Assembly: GCA_963827275.1 (NCBI GenBank)
Contig: CAWHAA010000005.1
Span: 512,001 to 576,000 of the forward strand
Source: an uncultured Spirochaetota bacterium
Lineage (GTDB): Bacteria > Spirochaetota > UBA4802 > UBA5550
DNA: 64,000 nt
Direction: 5' to 3'
Shown: positions 20,244 to 30,987 of the stretch, in pieces
Numbering within the stretch: the stretch's first letter is position 1
Layout: each line of letters begins with the position of its first letter
Program-made: the position numbers and the translations under genes
The notes under the pieces: generated by a model
Database searches by the model: none
Seen by the model: the letters and a program-made list of their open reading frames with translations, nothing else
Told to the model about the DNA's origin: nothing

Positions 20244-21542
20244 TCACCTCTCGCGGTGTTCCGCCGGCCTGGCAGGCCCATGCGGACGCCTGCCCCGTTC
20301 AAAGTGCCTTCTATCATCGCGGGGGCGCCCTTCGCCTTCGGGCTTAGCGGCCGCTCCGCGCTCCTTCCAGTATTTCAGCTCCGCCGCGTGAGAGCCGGCG
20401 GCAGTGGAGATTATTTCGAAAAACAAAAGTGCGTTCGCAAAATGCGCGTTCCGCACAAAGCGCTTCTCAAACCCCTTCCCCTTCTTCGGGTCCGGGATCC
20501 TTTCAAGGCTTGACTGGCGCGCGACAAGGTTGCTGATCGCGTCCCATTCCCGGCGGGGGATCTTGAGACGGATTACGAGATCATTGAAGCGCTGGTGCAT
20601 TACGTTGAACGCGTCCTGGAAGCCGCGCTTGTCGCCCATCGCCTCTGCGAAAAGGTCATTGAAGAGCACCGCGAGGAGCACCGCGACAGGGATCTCCTCG
20701 CCCGCGGCGCGGCGGCGGTCAACCACCGCAAGGCGGGACTGAAGGCCCGGGTGCCTCCCGAGATCGATCTCGGGGATCCAGTGCCGGAGTATCCCGAATT
20801 TTTCCAGGTTCTCGAACGTGCCGGCGGAGGCGGCACACCTGAGTATCTTGAACAGCTCCTCAAGCATCCGGTGTGCATTGGCCTGCGCGATAAGCGGGGC
20901 GCTGGCGAGCGCGGCCTTCATGTCCCGCTTTGCAGGCTTGAGGCCGAGCTGTGCGCAAAAGCGCGCGGCGCGGATGATGCGCACCGGGTCTTCCTTGAAG
21001 CGCACCATGGGATCGCCGACCGAGCGGAGCGTCTTTGTCTTCAGGTCTTCCAGGCCGCCGCAGTAATCGACGATCGAGCCGTTCGCGCTGTTAAAGTAAA
21101 GGCCGTTCACCGTGAAGTCCCGTCTCTGCGCGTCCTCCTCGATGGAACCGTACACGTTGTTCGCGGCAAAGCGGCCCTGGCCCTCGTCAGCCACCTGTTC
21201 CGGGTCAACCGCGGCCCTGAACGTGGCGACCTCCACGAACCTGTCATGGCTGATATAGACATGGGCGAGCCGGAAGCGCCTTCCGATCAGGAAGCAGCGC
21301 CGGAACAGCCGCTTGATCTGCTGCGGGCGCGCGTTCGTGACGATGTCGAAATCTTTCGGCGTTTTGCCGAGCAGAATATCGCGCACGCATCCGCCCACCA
21401 GGTATGCGTCAAATCCGTTGCCCCTCAGGCGGCCCATGATATCATGGACGTTCCGGTCGACCAGGTTCCGTGACATCGCGTGCCGTTCCTTCGGCACCGT
21501 AACGGGGAGCTTCTTTTTAAACAGGGAGGATAAAATTTTCAT
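20244..21542 (-). CDS. pcnB: Poly(A) polymerase I
   Basis: VGGCVRD..LG..PKDFD, PAP-specific LIGRRFRLAHV, RRDFTVN, EDPVRIIRA. Confidence 0.9.
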   Translation of the reverse strand: MKILSSLFKKKLPVTVPKERHAMSRNLVDRNVHDIMGRLRGNGFDAYLVGGCVRDILLGKTPKDFDIVTNARPQQIKRLFRRCFLIGRRFRLAHVYISHDRFVEVATFRAAVDPEQVADEGQGRFAANNVYGSIEEDAQRRDFTVNGLYFNSANGSIVDYCGGLEDLKTKTLRSVGDPMVRFKEDPVRIIRAARFCAQLGLKPAKRDMKAALASAPLIAQANAHRMLEELFKILRCAASAGTFENLEKFGILRHWIPEIDLGRHPGLQSRLAVVDRRRAAGEEIPVAVLLAVLFNDLFAEAMGDKRGFQDAFNVMHQRFNDLVIRLKIPRREWDAISNLVARQSSLERIPDPKKGKGFEKRFVRNAHFANALLFFEIISTAAGSHAAELKYWKERGAAAKPEGEGRPRDDRRHFERGRRPHGPARPAEHRER

Positions 21543-21763
21543 AAGGGCTCTTGAAGTGATTTTTTTGCACTGTATCATTCCGTCTCATATTTGTCAATAC
21601 ACTCAGCGGATTGTTTTGCACAATTTATCGCATGATCGGAGCGATCCAGGCGCGCCATCAATACCCACCATGCCCCCGGATCATTATCGAACGGTCGTTG
21701 TACAATACATTCTGAATAGCAATGCTTTATATCTATCATTATCATCCCTGACAATATGTACAA

Positions 21764-21802
21764 TTCACCTATTATTAACAGAATCTTTATATTTTCTTTA
21801 TA
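21764..21802 (+). promoter_or_regulatory. Pho-box-like direct repeat array upstream of pit copy 1
   Basis: TTCACC 21764, TTAACA 21775, TTTATA 21786, TTTATA 21797; 11-bp period. Confidence 0.65.
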
Positions 21803-21882
21803 AAATATGAGGAAAATTTAAATGAAAAGTTAAAAAAGCGCGCAGTAATAAGTATTTTAATTATATTACGCAAGGAATAGCG

Positions 21883-22872
21883 ATGGAAATTTATATAATC
21901 TTTTTGATCTTTCTCGCACTTGCTTTCGATTTTATTAACGGGTTTCATGACTCGGCAAACTCCATAGCAACCATCGTTTCTACCCGCGTGCTTTCTCCCC
22001 GCTACGCCGTCGCCTGGGCCGCCTTTTTCAACTTCATCGCATTTCTTTTCTTCGGCCTCCATGTGGCCGGCACAATCGGCAAGGGCATAATCGACATCGC
22101 CATCATGGACAATGAAATCATCCTGGCGACCCTCATCGGCGCCATAACATGGGACCTGATCACCTGGTACTTCGGATTACCCACCAGCTCATCCCACGCG
22201 CTGATGGGGGGCCTCATCGGCTCCGCGCTCGTCAAGGCAGGCACGAGCGCCCTTGTATGGAATGGCATCATCAAGACGGTAATCTTCATCTTCGTGGCCC
22301 CGGTGCTCGGGCTGGTCCTTGGACTGGGTATCGGCACCATCGTGTACCGCGCCTTTCGGAACAAGGCGCCGGGACAGGTGGACCATCTCTTTCGAAAGGG
22401 CCAGCTCATTTCAGCGGCGCTCTACAGCCTCGGGCACGGAGGAAACGACGCGCAGAAGACCATGGGCATCATCGCGGGGCTGCTCTTCAGCGCGGGCATG
22501 CTCCAGGGCGCCTTCCACGTCCCGCTCTGGGTCGTTCTCTCCTGCCATGGCGCCATAGCGCTGGGCACCATGTTCGGCGGATGGCGCATCGTGAAGACCA
22601 TGGGACAGCGGGTGGCCAAGCTCAAGCCGGTTGACGGGTTCTGCGCCGAATCGAGCGCCGCTACCACACTCTTCCTCGCTTCATTCCTGGGCATTCCGGT
22701 GAGCACCACGCACACCATTACCGGCGCGATCATGGGGGTCGGATCGCTCCGGCGCATGACTGCCGTACGGTGGGGCGTGGCGGGACAGATCGCGTGGGCG
22801 TGGGTGCTGACGATCCCGGCGGCGGCGCTGATAGCTGCCTCCGTTTATTACGCCGTTATCCTGATCAAATGA
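21883..22872 (+). CDS. pit: Inorganic phosphate transporter, PiT family (copy 1)
   Basis: NGFHDSANSIAT, PTSSSHA, HGGNDAQKTMG, PVSTTH. Confidence 0.95.
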   Translation: MEIYIIFLIFLALAFDFINGFHDSANSIATIVSTRVLSPRYAVAWAAFFNFIAFLFFGLHVAGTIGKGIIDIAIMDNEIILATLIGAITWDLITWYFGLPTSSSHALMGGLIGSALVKAGTSALVWNGIIKTVIFIFVAPVLGLVLGLGIGTIVYRAFRNKAPGQVDHLFRKGQLISAALYSLGHGGNDAQKTMGIIAGLLFSAGMLQGAFHVPLWVVLSCHGAIALGTMFGGWRIVKTMGQRVAKLKPVDGFCAESSAATTLFLASFLGIPVSTTHTITGAIMGVGSLRRMTAVRWGVAGQIAWAWVLTIPAAALIAASVYYAVILIK

Positions 22873-23012
22873 TGATCCGGCAGCGCCAGACCCATAGTCC
22901 CGTTTTCCATACTGAAACGGATTATTTATAAAATCTTTACAACGACCGGTGTCATCGTTGATATACTCCAAATAGATAACGGCATCATTCACTGTTATCA
23001 CGGAGGCCCCGC

Positions 23013-23795
23013 ATGAAACGTTTGAAGCCATTTATATCGATGCTATCCGGATACTCCGTATTCCTGCTTACATACACGTTGGTCGCGCTCCTGCCTCACA
23101 TGTTCGGCACTCAGGTAGAGCCCTTTGCGCAGATCGGGAAACTATTCCTTGCATGCGGTATCATCGGCATCCTGCTTCCGATTCTCACTGCGAGAAAATG
23201 GAGCCTGCCGTACGACCAATCCTCCACTGCAATAAAAATCGTTATGGGGATCATTCTTTTATTCGCCGCACTCGGGATAGAAATCGCCTTTTACTCATCA
23301 TGGGTGGCAATAATCACAGATAACCCGAGCGACCTGATCCGCATAAAGCACGTCCTGTTCACGCTGCCGCTCTCCATAGCGCTCTCACTGCAGTTTTATT
23401 ACGTCATACCCCGCTCGGTCGAAAAAAGCTTCGGCACGCGCGCAGCGGCCGCGGTTAATGCGCTCGTCTCCGGCATTTCTTTTGGCATCATCATGTTTGT
23501 TGAAACGGGTTTTTACCGCATCGACCTCTTTTTCGTCATGACCGGCGTCGGCGTCCTCATCGGCACGGGCCTGTACCTGACGGGGAAGTTTTTCCTGACC
23601 TTCGTAGCGCTCTTTCTTGCAGTGTACGCCAATTCGCTGGCCGAGCTGCGATACGCCCATTATTCCTGGCCGATATCGATCGCGGGCTTTATTTTCTGCA
23701 TCGGCATACTGCTGGCGGCATTTCTGGTGCATATCAGAAATGCCGAGTCAGACAACCCGATCACTTCTCGGGAAAGGGATGATGCCACGCAATGA
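23013..23795 (+). CDS. Hypothetical polytopic membrane protein
   Basis: About 8 hydrophobic segments; GGAGG RBS; no recognised motif. Confidence 0.7.
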   Translation: MKRLKPFISMLSGYSVFLLTYTLVALLPHMFGTQVEPFAQIGKLFLACGIIGILLPILTARKWSLPYDQSSTAIKIVMGIILLFAALGIEIAFYSSWVAIITDNPSDLIRIKHVLFTLPLSIALSLQFYYVIPRSVEKSFGTRAAAAVNALVSGISFGIIMFVETGFYRIDLFFVMTGVGVLIGTGLYLTGKFFLTFVALFLAVYANSLAELRYAHYSWPISIAGFIFCIGILLAAFLVHIRNAESDNPITSRERDDATQ

Positions 23796-23945
23796 TTCAT
23801 AATTTATATCGAAGCACGAAAATATTTTCATGAAATAATTATACACAATTGTCAATCGATCCCAATTCCTGCCTGCCGTAATCTGCCCGTTACTCATAAC
23901 CACATTAACATATGCCAGAGCCAGTCTCTGAACATCGAAAAAATA

Positions 23946-23995
23946 TTCACATTTTCTTTATGAAAGATTGATGATTTATTAACAGCCGCTTGATA
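23946..23995 (+). promoter_or_regulatory. Pho-box-like array upstream of the PHP-GT4 gene
   Basis: TTCACA 23946, TTTATG 23957, TTGATG 23968, TTAACA 23979, TTGATA 23990. Confidence 0.65.
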
Positions 23996-24020
23996 TTTTT
24001 TAAATAAAAGGATTACAGTT

Positions 24021-26699
24021 ATGAATCACCCCAAGAACTTTCAGAATACACTTTTAAAAGAATTAGAATATTTCCTGGAAAAGCAGAAAATAAAATTCCC
24101 TGCCGGAGAAGTCCTCACCATCGACCTCCACTGCCATGACCACAACAGCAGCACGCCGGACGAGCTGCTCGGGCGCATCCTCAACATCCCGGAAACATGG
24201 CTCCCGAGCGAGGACTTGGTTGAGACATTGAAGAACCATGGCTGCGACACCTTCACCGTTACAAACCACAACAACGCACGATCTTGCTATGAGCTGCGTG
24301 AGAATGGGACCGACGTGCTCACCGGCGCTGAATTCACCTGCCAGGTGCCCGACTACCGGGTGGGTATCCACGTCCTCGCCTATGGGTTCACGCCGAATCA
24401 GGAAGTTATGCTCGATAAATTGAGAAACGATATATATCGCTTCCAGGAATACGCGGTGAGCAACGACATCCCGACGATATGGGCCCACCCCCTCTACCAC
24501 TATCACCGCGGCGAGATACCGCCGATCGAATTTTTCGAAAAAATGGCGCTCGTGTTCGAGCGGTTCGAGGTTATGAACGGCCAGCGCGATACCTGGCAGA
24601 ACATGCTGGTGAAGACATTCGTCGAGGGACTGACCCGGGAACGGATCGACTCGATAGCGAAAAGGATCAAGCTCCCGCCCGACCGTTACTGCAGGGACCC
24701 CTACAGTAAATCGATGGCGGGCGGGTCAGACAGCCACATGGGGATATTCACCGGTCTCACCGGGACGCGGCTCCATGTGCCGGACCTCGCGGAAAAGCTC
24801 AAGATCATGAGCAGGTCGAAACTGGCGCTGGAAGCGATCAAGGCGGGCGCCATGGCCCCCTTCGGATCCCACAACGACAGCGAAAAAATGACGGTGTCGT
24901 TCCTCGATTACTTCTGCCAGATCGCCATGCACATGGACGACCCGGGCCTGATACGCCTTATGCTTCACAAGGGGGACGCGCGCGATAAGCTCCTTGCCCT
25001 GGCGATCGCTAACGGCATGTCGGAGATCAAGCGACACAGGGTGACCATGGACTTTCTCCAGCTCTTTCACCAGTGCTTCAGCGGGAACGTGCCCTCATTC
25101 AGGAAGCGGCTTATGGTCCCGAAGGTCTACAAACCGATCTTCGACGAAGCGGCGCACATGGCGGTGACAAAAAGGGACGAACCGGAAGAGATAGTCCACA
25201 GGTTCAGGGACTCAATCCATGTAATATACCAAAGCCTGAGCGGCATCCTGATCGATCGCCTCCAGAAGAAAATTGAGAAGCTCGACCGCGAGCACGGCCT
25301 CAGTGAATTGAAGGTGGAAAAGATCTTCGAATCCTTCGATCTTCCGACGCAGGTGCGGAATTACGCGGCGCCGGGCCTTTCAAAGAACGGGAACGGCCTG
25401 CCGCTCAACATCACTGATTTTCTGGACGGGCTCTCCTTTCCCTTCCTGGGGACCGCAGTCATACTGAGCGCAACCTTCACGAGCGCCCGCGTCATGTACA
25501 ATTCCAGGGAGCTGCTCTCGCGGTTCTCCGGGCACGTGGGGAAGCTGAAACACCCCGAGAGGATGCTCTGGCTTACGGACACGTTTGAAGATGTCAACGG
25601 CGTCGCCATGGTCCTCCGCTCTATGCTCGACGAGATCCGGAAGCGCGACCTCCCGATCGACATCCTGATATGCAGCAGCAGGCTTAAATCAGAAGACCAT
25701 CTCATCGTGGTGCCGCCCCTGGGAGAATACACACTCCCATTCTACGAGCAGCAACCCCTCAGAATTCCGAACATCCTGGACATCCACCGGATCTTCAAGG
25801 AGGGGGAATACGACCGGCTCATCTGCTCGACCGAAGGGCCGATGGGACTTATCTCGCTTTTTCTGAAGCAGGCCTACACCGTACCCGCCTACTTCTTCGT
25901 GCACACCGACTGGATGATGTTCGCCCGCCAGGTGCTGAACTTTGACCACGAGAACCGGGGAAGGCTCCGCCGCATCCTCCGCGCCTTTTACCACAATTTC
26001 GACGGGCTCTTCGTCCTGAACAGGGACCAGAGGAGCTGGCTGATCGGCAAGGACATGGGGTTTGACCAGAACCGCGTCTTCCTGACCGCGCACTGGGCCG
26101 AATCAGAATTCGTGCCGCAAAAGGCGCGTAAGACCGACCTCTTCGGTGTGAAGCAGAACGCTCCGGTGCTCCTGTTCGCGGGCCGCGTGAGCGACGAAAA
26201 AGGGGTGATGGAGCTGCCGGCCATCTACCGGAGCGTCCGTGAGAAGCACCCGGACGCAAAGCTTGTCATCGCGGGCAAAGGCCCGAAGGAAGACGATCTG
26301 AAAAAGGCCGTTCCCGACGCGGTATTCCTCGGATGGGTTGACCATAAGAAGCTCCCGTCGGTGTACTCGGCGGCGGACATGTTGCTGCTACCCTCGAAAT
26401 TTGACACCTTCGGAGTGGTCGTGCTCGAGGCCATGAGCTGCGGGCTTCCCGTCACCGCGTATAATACCAAGGGCCCAAAAGACATTATCGAGAACGGGAA
26501 AAACGGATATCTGGTCAAGACAAGATCAGAAATGATCGCCGTCGTGGACGACTATCTCAGCAATACCAAATTACGCGCCGGTTTCAAGAGATCGGCCCAG
26601 ACACGGGCGAAGGACTTCAATCCCGATGCGATCATCACGCAGATATTGAACGACGTCGACCTGGAAGCAAATCCCCGGCGCGGCGCAAAACGAAGATGA
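24021..26699 (+). CDS. Fusion of PHP-family phosphoesterase domain and GT4 glycosyltransferase
   Basis: N-terminal DLHCHD, TNHN, GAEF, HVL, AHP, EVMNG, GGSDSH; C-terminal TDTFEDVNGV, STEGPMG, GRVSDEKG, DTFGVVVLEAMSCGLPV. Confidence 0.88.
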   Translation: MNHPKNFQNTLLKELEYFLEKQKIKFPAGEVLTIDLHCHDHNSSTPDELLGRILNIPETWLPSEDLVETLKNHGCDTFTVTNHNNARSCYELRENGTDVLTGAEFTCQVPDYRVGIHVLAYGFTPNQEVMLDKLRNDIYRFQEYAVSNDIPTIWAHPLYHYHRGEIPPIEFFEKMALVFERFEVMNGQRDTWQNMLVKTFVEGLTRERIDSIAKRIKLPPDRYCRDPYSKSMAGGSDSHMGIFTGLTGTRLHVPDLAEKLKIMSRSKLALEAIKAGAMAPFGSHNDSEKMTVSFLDYFCQIAMHMDDPGLIRLMLHKGDARDKLLALAIANGMSEIKRHRVTMDFLQLFHQCFSGNVPSFRKRLMVPKVYKPIFDEAAHMAVTKRDEPEEIVHRFRDSIHVIYQSLSGILIDRLQKKIEKLDREHGLSELKVEKIFESFDLPTQVRNYAAPGLSKNGNGLPLNITDFLDGLSFPFLGTAVILSATFTSARVMYNSRELLSRFSGHVGKLKHPERMLWLTDTFEDVNGVAMVLRSMLDEIRKRDLPIDILICSSRLKSEDHLIVVPPLGEYTLPFYEQQPLRIPNILDIHRIFKEGEYDRLICSTEGPMGLISLFLKQAYTVPAYFFVHTDWMMFARQVLNFDHENRGRLRRILRAFYHNFDGLFVLNRDQRSWLIGKDMGFDQNRVFLTAHWAESEFVPQKARKTDLFGVKQNAPVLLFAGRVSDEKGVMELPAIYRSVREKHPDAKLVIAGKGPKEDDLKKAVPDAVFLGWVDHKKLPSVYSAADMLLLPSKFDTFGVVVLEAMSCGLPVTAYNTKGPKDIIENGKNGYLVKTRSEMIAVVDDYLSNTKLRAGFKRSAQTRAKDFNPDAIITQILNDVDLEANPRRGAKRR

Positions 26700-28307
26700 G
26701 CGATCCATCCGCCTGGTGGAAACATGGAGTCGTCTATCAGATCTATCCGCGCAGCTTCAATGACTCCAACGGCGACGGAATCGGCGATATCTCAGGCATC
26801 GTAGAAAAGCTGGACTACCTCTGCGATCTGGGGGTGGACGCGATCTGGCTCTCACCCATCAACCGGTCGCCCATGTACGATTTCGGCTATGACATCAGCG
26901 ACTATTACGCCATCGACCCCATCTTCGGGACCGGGGAAGATTTCCAGCGTCTGATAGACGGGGCCCACGCGCGCGGCATACGGGTCATCATGGACCTGGT
27001 GCTGAACCATACGTCCCACCTCCACCCGTGGTTCCTCTCGTCACGATCATCCCGAACCAACCCGAAGCGGGACTGGTATATATGGCGTGACGCCGAAAGC
27101 GGCCGGCCTCCGACCAACTGGCAGTCCGTATTCGGCGGCAGCGCGTGGAAATGGGACGAGATGACCAGCCAGTACTATCTCCATTCTTTCCTGGAAGAGC
27201 AGCCGGACCTCAACTGGCGCAACCCGCAGCTTCGCGAGGCCATGTACGACATGCTCCGCCACTGGCTCGACCGTGGCGTTGACGGGTTCAGGCTGGACGC
27301 CGTGAACTGGCTTATCAAAGACCGGAGGTTCAGGAACAACCCCGCGGTCCCGTTCGCCCCGTTCCTCCAGAAGCACCGATACGACCGCAACCGGACACGG
27401 ACGCACGAGATTATGAAAGAGTTTCGTACCATCCTTGACGGATACGGCGACCGGATGGCCGTGGGCGAAGTATTCACCCTGCCGCCGGGCGACCCGGCAC
27501 TGTCCGCGCGCTACCTCGGCATCGGGCACCGACGAGCTGCACCTGGCGTTCGACTTTTCCATCATGTACCGGCCCTGGAGCGCACTCCGCTTCTACCGCT
27601 GCCTGCGCCGCTGGATCCGGCACATCCCGGAAGGGGGATGGCCCTGCCACGTCCTCTCGAACCATGACCAGCCGCGCGGGATCAGCAGATATGGCGGGGG
27701 TGAAGACGACGAAAAACGCGCCCGGGTGGCGGCGGCTCTGCTGCTCACGGTGCCCGGGACGCCGTTCATCTACTATGGCGAGGAGCTCGGAATGAAAAAC
27801 TGCCGCGTACCGCGCTGCGACGCGCGGGACCCGCTCGCCAGTAGGTTCTGGCCCCTGTTCGCGGGCCGCGACCCCTCGCGAACACCCATGCAGTGGTCAG
27901 CGGGGGAAAACGCAGGCTTCAGCACGGGCAGGCCGTGGCTGCCGGTCGGGGCCGACTACCGACGGGTGAACGTCGATGACGAATCAGCCGACCCGTACTC
28001 GCTCCTGAATTTTTATCGCAGATTGATTGCCATCAGAAAGGAAAAAAAGGCGCTTCACGCCGGCGAATGGAAGCCGGTGCTGAAAGGACATCACGGTACA
28101 CTCGGCTACTACCGGAGATACGAAGGGGAAACGGTTTTCGTCGCGTTAAATTTCACCGGCAAAGCAAAACGCGTGCATTTACACGACCGCGGACAGTGGA
28201 AGGTGATCCTGTCGACACACCGATTTACCAATACGCATTTTACGTCGCTCGATTTCACCCTGTCGCCGTATGAGGCAATGGTGCTTGACAAGTATGGGAA
28301 TCTGTGA
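26696..28307 (+). CDS. GH13 alpha-glucosidase/oligo-1,6-glucosidase, frameshift near 27525
   Basis: WWK.GVVYQIYPRSF.DSNGDG, DLVLNHTS, QPDLNW, DGFRLDA; second frame has NHD and YYGEELGM; one extra G in the run at 27524-27526. Confidence 0.9.
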
Positions 28308-28373
28308 TCCGAAGCACCAGAGGGCTTTTAATCTATCCGTGTGATTTATAAAGCTTGTTAGCCTGCCGGAGCA

Positions 28374-29703
28374 TCACAGCAGGTCGCTCGCGATCTCGGC
28401 GAGCTGCGAGCGCTCGCCCTTCTCCAGGGTCACGTGCGCGTAGATCTCCTGCCCCTTCATCTTGTCGATGAGGTAGGTGAGGCCGTTCGAGCGCGAGTCG
28501 AGGTACGGCGTGTCGATCTGGTAGGGGTCGCCGGTGAACACGATCTTGGTCCCCTCGCCCGGCGCGGGTGATGATGGTCTTGACCTCGTGGGGCGTCAGG
28601 TTCTGCGCCTCATCCACGATGAAGTAGACCTTCGAGAGGCTCCGCCCGCGTATGTAGGCGAGCGCCATGATCAGGAGCTTCTCGTTGTTCACCATGTCCG
28701 ATATGCGGCGGTAGTCCTGGGAGTCCTCGTCGAACTGGTTCTTGATCACCGAGAGGTTGTCGAAGAGCGGCTGCATGTAGGGATCGAGCTTGCTTCTGAT
28801 GTCGCCGGGCAGGTACCCGATGTCCCGGTTCGAGAGGGGGATGATCGGCCGGGCCAGCAGGATCTGCTTGTAGTTGTTCCGCCGCTCGAGCGCAGCGGCC
28901 AGGGCCATGAGGGTCTTCCCGGTGCCGGACTTTCCCGCGAGCGTGACGAGCTTGATGTCGTTGTTCATGAGCGCGTCGAGCGAAAACGACTGCTCCGCGT
29001 TGCGCGGCTGTATGCCGTAGGCCTTCTTCTTTTCCACGACATGGAGGTGCCCGCTGTTCTTCTGGTACGTGGTGAGCGCGCTCTTGGTCCCGTTGCGTAT
29101 GATAAAATACTCGTTCGGATAGGGGTCGCGTCCGTTCAACAGTTCGCCGGCAGGGATGCTCCCCTCGCGGTAGATCCGGTCGACGAAGCCGGGGTCCACG
29201 CCCTCGATGCAGTTCTTCCCGGTGTAGAGCTCGCCGATGTCCTTGACCTTGCCGGTCTCGTAGTCCTCGGCCTGCACGCCGATGCTCTTCGCCTTCATGC
29301 GCAGGTTGATGTCCTTGGACACCAGGATGACCCGGTCGGTGCCGTGCAGGCCGGCCAGGTTGTAGGCAAGGGACAGGATGCGGTGGTCGGAGTTGTCTTC
29401 CCAGAATATTTCGCGGAGACGCCCGCTCATCTTCACGTTGGTCTCCACGATGAGGCACCCGCCCGTTTCCAGCCGCACGCCCTGGCCGAGGAGATCGTTG
29501 CCGATGAGGGCGTCCAGCTCGCGGGAAAACTCGCGCGCGTTGTAGTTGATGATCTCGTTGCCCCGCTTGAACTTGTCGATTTCTTCAAGGAGGGTTATGG
29601 GGATGACGACATTGTGCTCTTCAAAGGAATAGATGCAGCGGTAATCATAGAGGACGACGTTGGTGTCGAGAACGAATATCTTATTGGAGTTCGTGTCTAA
29701 CAT
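28374..29703 (-). CDS. PhoH2 (PIN + PhoH ATPase), frameshift near 28559
   Basis: VLDTNV PIN motif, [18 protein letters not shown]; removing one base restores [19 protein letters not shown] and a stop at 28374. Confidence 0.9.
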
Positions 29704-30064
29704 ACACTCTATGTGACATAATACATATTCCACTGATAATTGCAAGTGGAAAATTAAAATAAAAAATACTTTTTCGGTTGTTGTAACGAGCCGCGCATGG
29801 CCTCCTCTCCGGAGGCAGCCGCGTCAATTCAAAACGGCAGCAGCAGTATGAGCATGATGGCGGCAATCACCATGGCCATGACGGCAATCGTGTTCTTCAT
29901 TGCATGCCCTGATTTTCAAAAGACATATAGAACTGCAACATTTTCAACAGGCTGGCCCTCCAGGTATCCGGCACACACAATCATGGCCATACATTACAGC
30001 GGTACTGTAAAAAATTAACAATTACCGAGTGATGTTACATCTCTAAAGCAAAAAATAAACCCGA

Positions 30065-30493
30065 TCAGGCAAGATCTTTCAGCAACTCTTCAACTTTCTT
30101 CATGATGGCATCACGGACGGCAATGGTTTTCGCCAGTTTTTCCTGATGTGTGCCGGTGAATTGCGAGGGGTCAGGAAAGGACCAGTGCATTTTTTTCCCC
30201 AGTCCCGGAAAAATCGGGCATTTATCCGCCATGGACTCGTCACATACGGTTATAACATGGCTGTACATTCTCCCCTGCTTGAACAAATCGAACACGCTTT
30301 TTGTTTTGTTACCGGAAATATCAATTCCGACCTCTCTCATGGCTTCGACAGCAAACGGATTGAGCGTGCCCGGCTCAAGGCCTGCGCTTTCAACGTCAAA
30401 GACGTCTCCACCCATCTTCTTGAGGAACGCTTCAGCCATCTGGCTGCGGGCTGAATTATGACTGCATACAAACAGGACCCTGGGTGTTCCCAT
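30065..30493 (-). CDS. arsC: Arsenate reductase, LMW-PTP (thioredoxin) type
   Basis: [19 protein letters not shown]...CP.FPG, HWSFPDP. Confidence 0.88.
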   Translation of the reverse strand: MGTPRVLFVCSHNSARSQMAEAFLKKMGGDVFDVESAGLEPGTLNPFAVEAMREVGIDISGNKTKSVFDLFKQGRMYSHVITVCDESMADKCPIFPGLGKKMHWSFPDPSQFTGTHQEKLAKTIAVRDAIMKKVEELLKDLA

Positions 30494-30495
30494 AA

Positions 30496-30663
30496 TCACC
30501 TCTCACTGACAGCGGCGCCGGGGATCTCTTTGCCCGGGAAAGTTTCACCACTCCCCTGCAATGACGTATTGAAAATCCTCTTTATCCTTTTTACCCGGGA
30601 AATGTCCAGCCGTCTCAGGCGCGCCAACTTGTTTTTTTTCACTGTTCTCTGGATACTTCTCAT
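30496..30663 (-). CDS. Small basic hypothetical protein (55 aa)
   Basis: [34 protein letters not shown]...AVSER; AAGGTGG upstream; stop 2 nt before the arsC ATG. Confidence 0.5.
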   Translation of the reverse strand: MRSIQRTVKKNKLARLRRLDISRVKRIKRIFNTSLQGSGETFPGKEIPGAAVSER

Positions 30664-30679
30664 ATCATTCCACCTTCAC

Positions 30680-30740
30680 TGACAATTGTATATCAACAAA
30701 ATGTAGAGCAATTATAATAATAATATAAAGAATCTATAAA
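30680..30740 (-). promoter_or_regulatory. Pho-box-like array upstream of small ORF and arsC
   Basis: Minus strand TTTATA, TTTATA, ATTATA, TCTACA, TTGATA, TTGTCA; plus-strand starts 30735, 30724, 30713, 30702, 30691, 30680. Confidence 0.6.
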
Positions 30741-30887
30741 TTTATCAGGATGTATGATTACATGCCGTATTCATCATGGCAGCACGATCCCTACAAATTT
30801 TTAGTATCTGCTGGTATGGCACGATATATCTGTCCAAATCAATATTTCCCTTCAAAAAGATATGTAATGCAACAATTTGCGGTAGTT

Positions 30888-30926
30888 TTTATATTTTATT
30901 AACAATACGTTTATAATTTCTTAATA
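30888..30926 (+). promoter_or_regulatory. Pho-box-like array upstream of pstC
   Basis: TTTATA 30888, TTAACA 30899, TTTATA 30910, TTAATA 30921. Confidence 0.7.
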
Positions 30927-30987
30927 AAACATGGCGATCTTGTAGTTGTAACACATGTATTATTAACAATTAAACCGGTTCTCCAGC

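Noticed and set aside
29790..30060. Short hydrophobic ORFs between phoH2 and arsC
   Set aside because: Only about 22 codons on the minus strand, or low-complexity on the plus strand; no supporting motif
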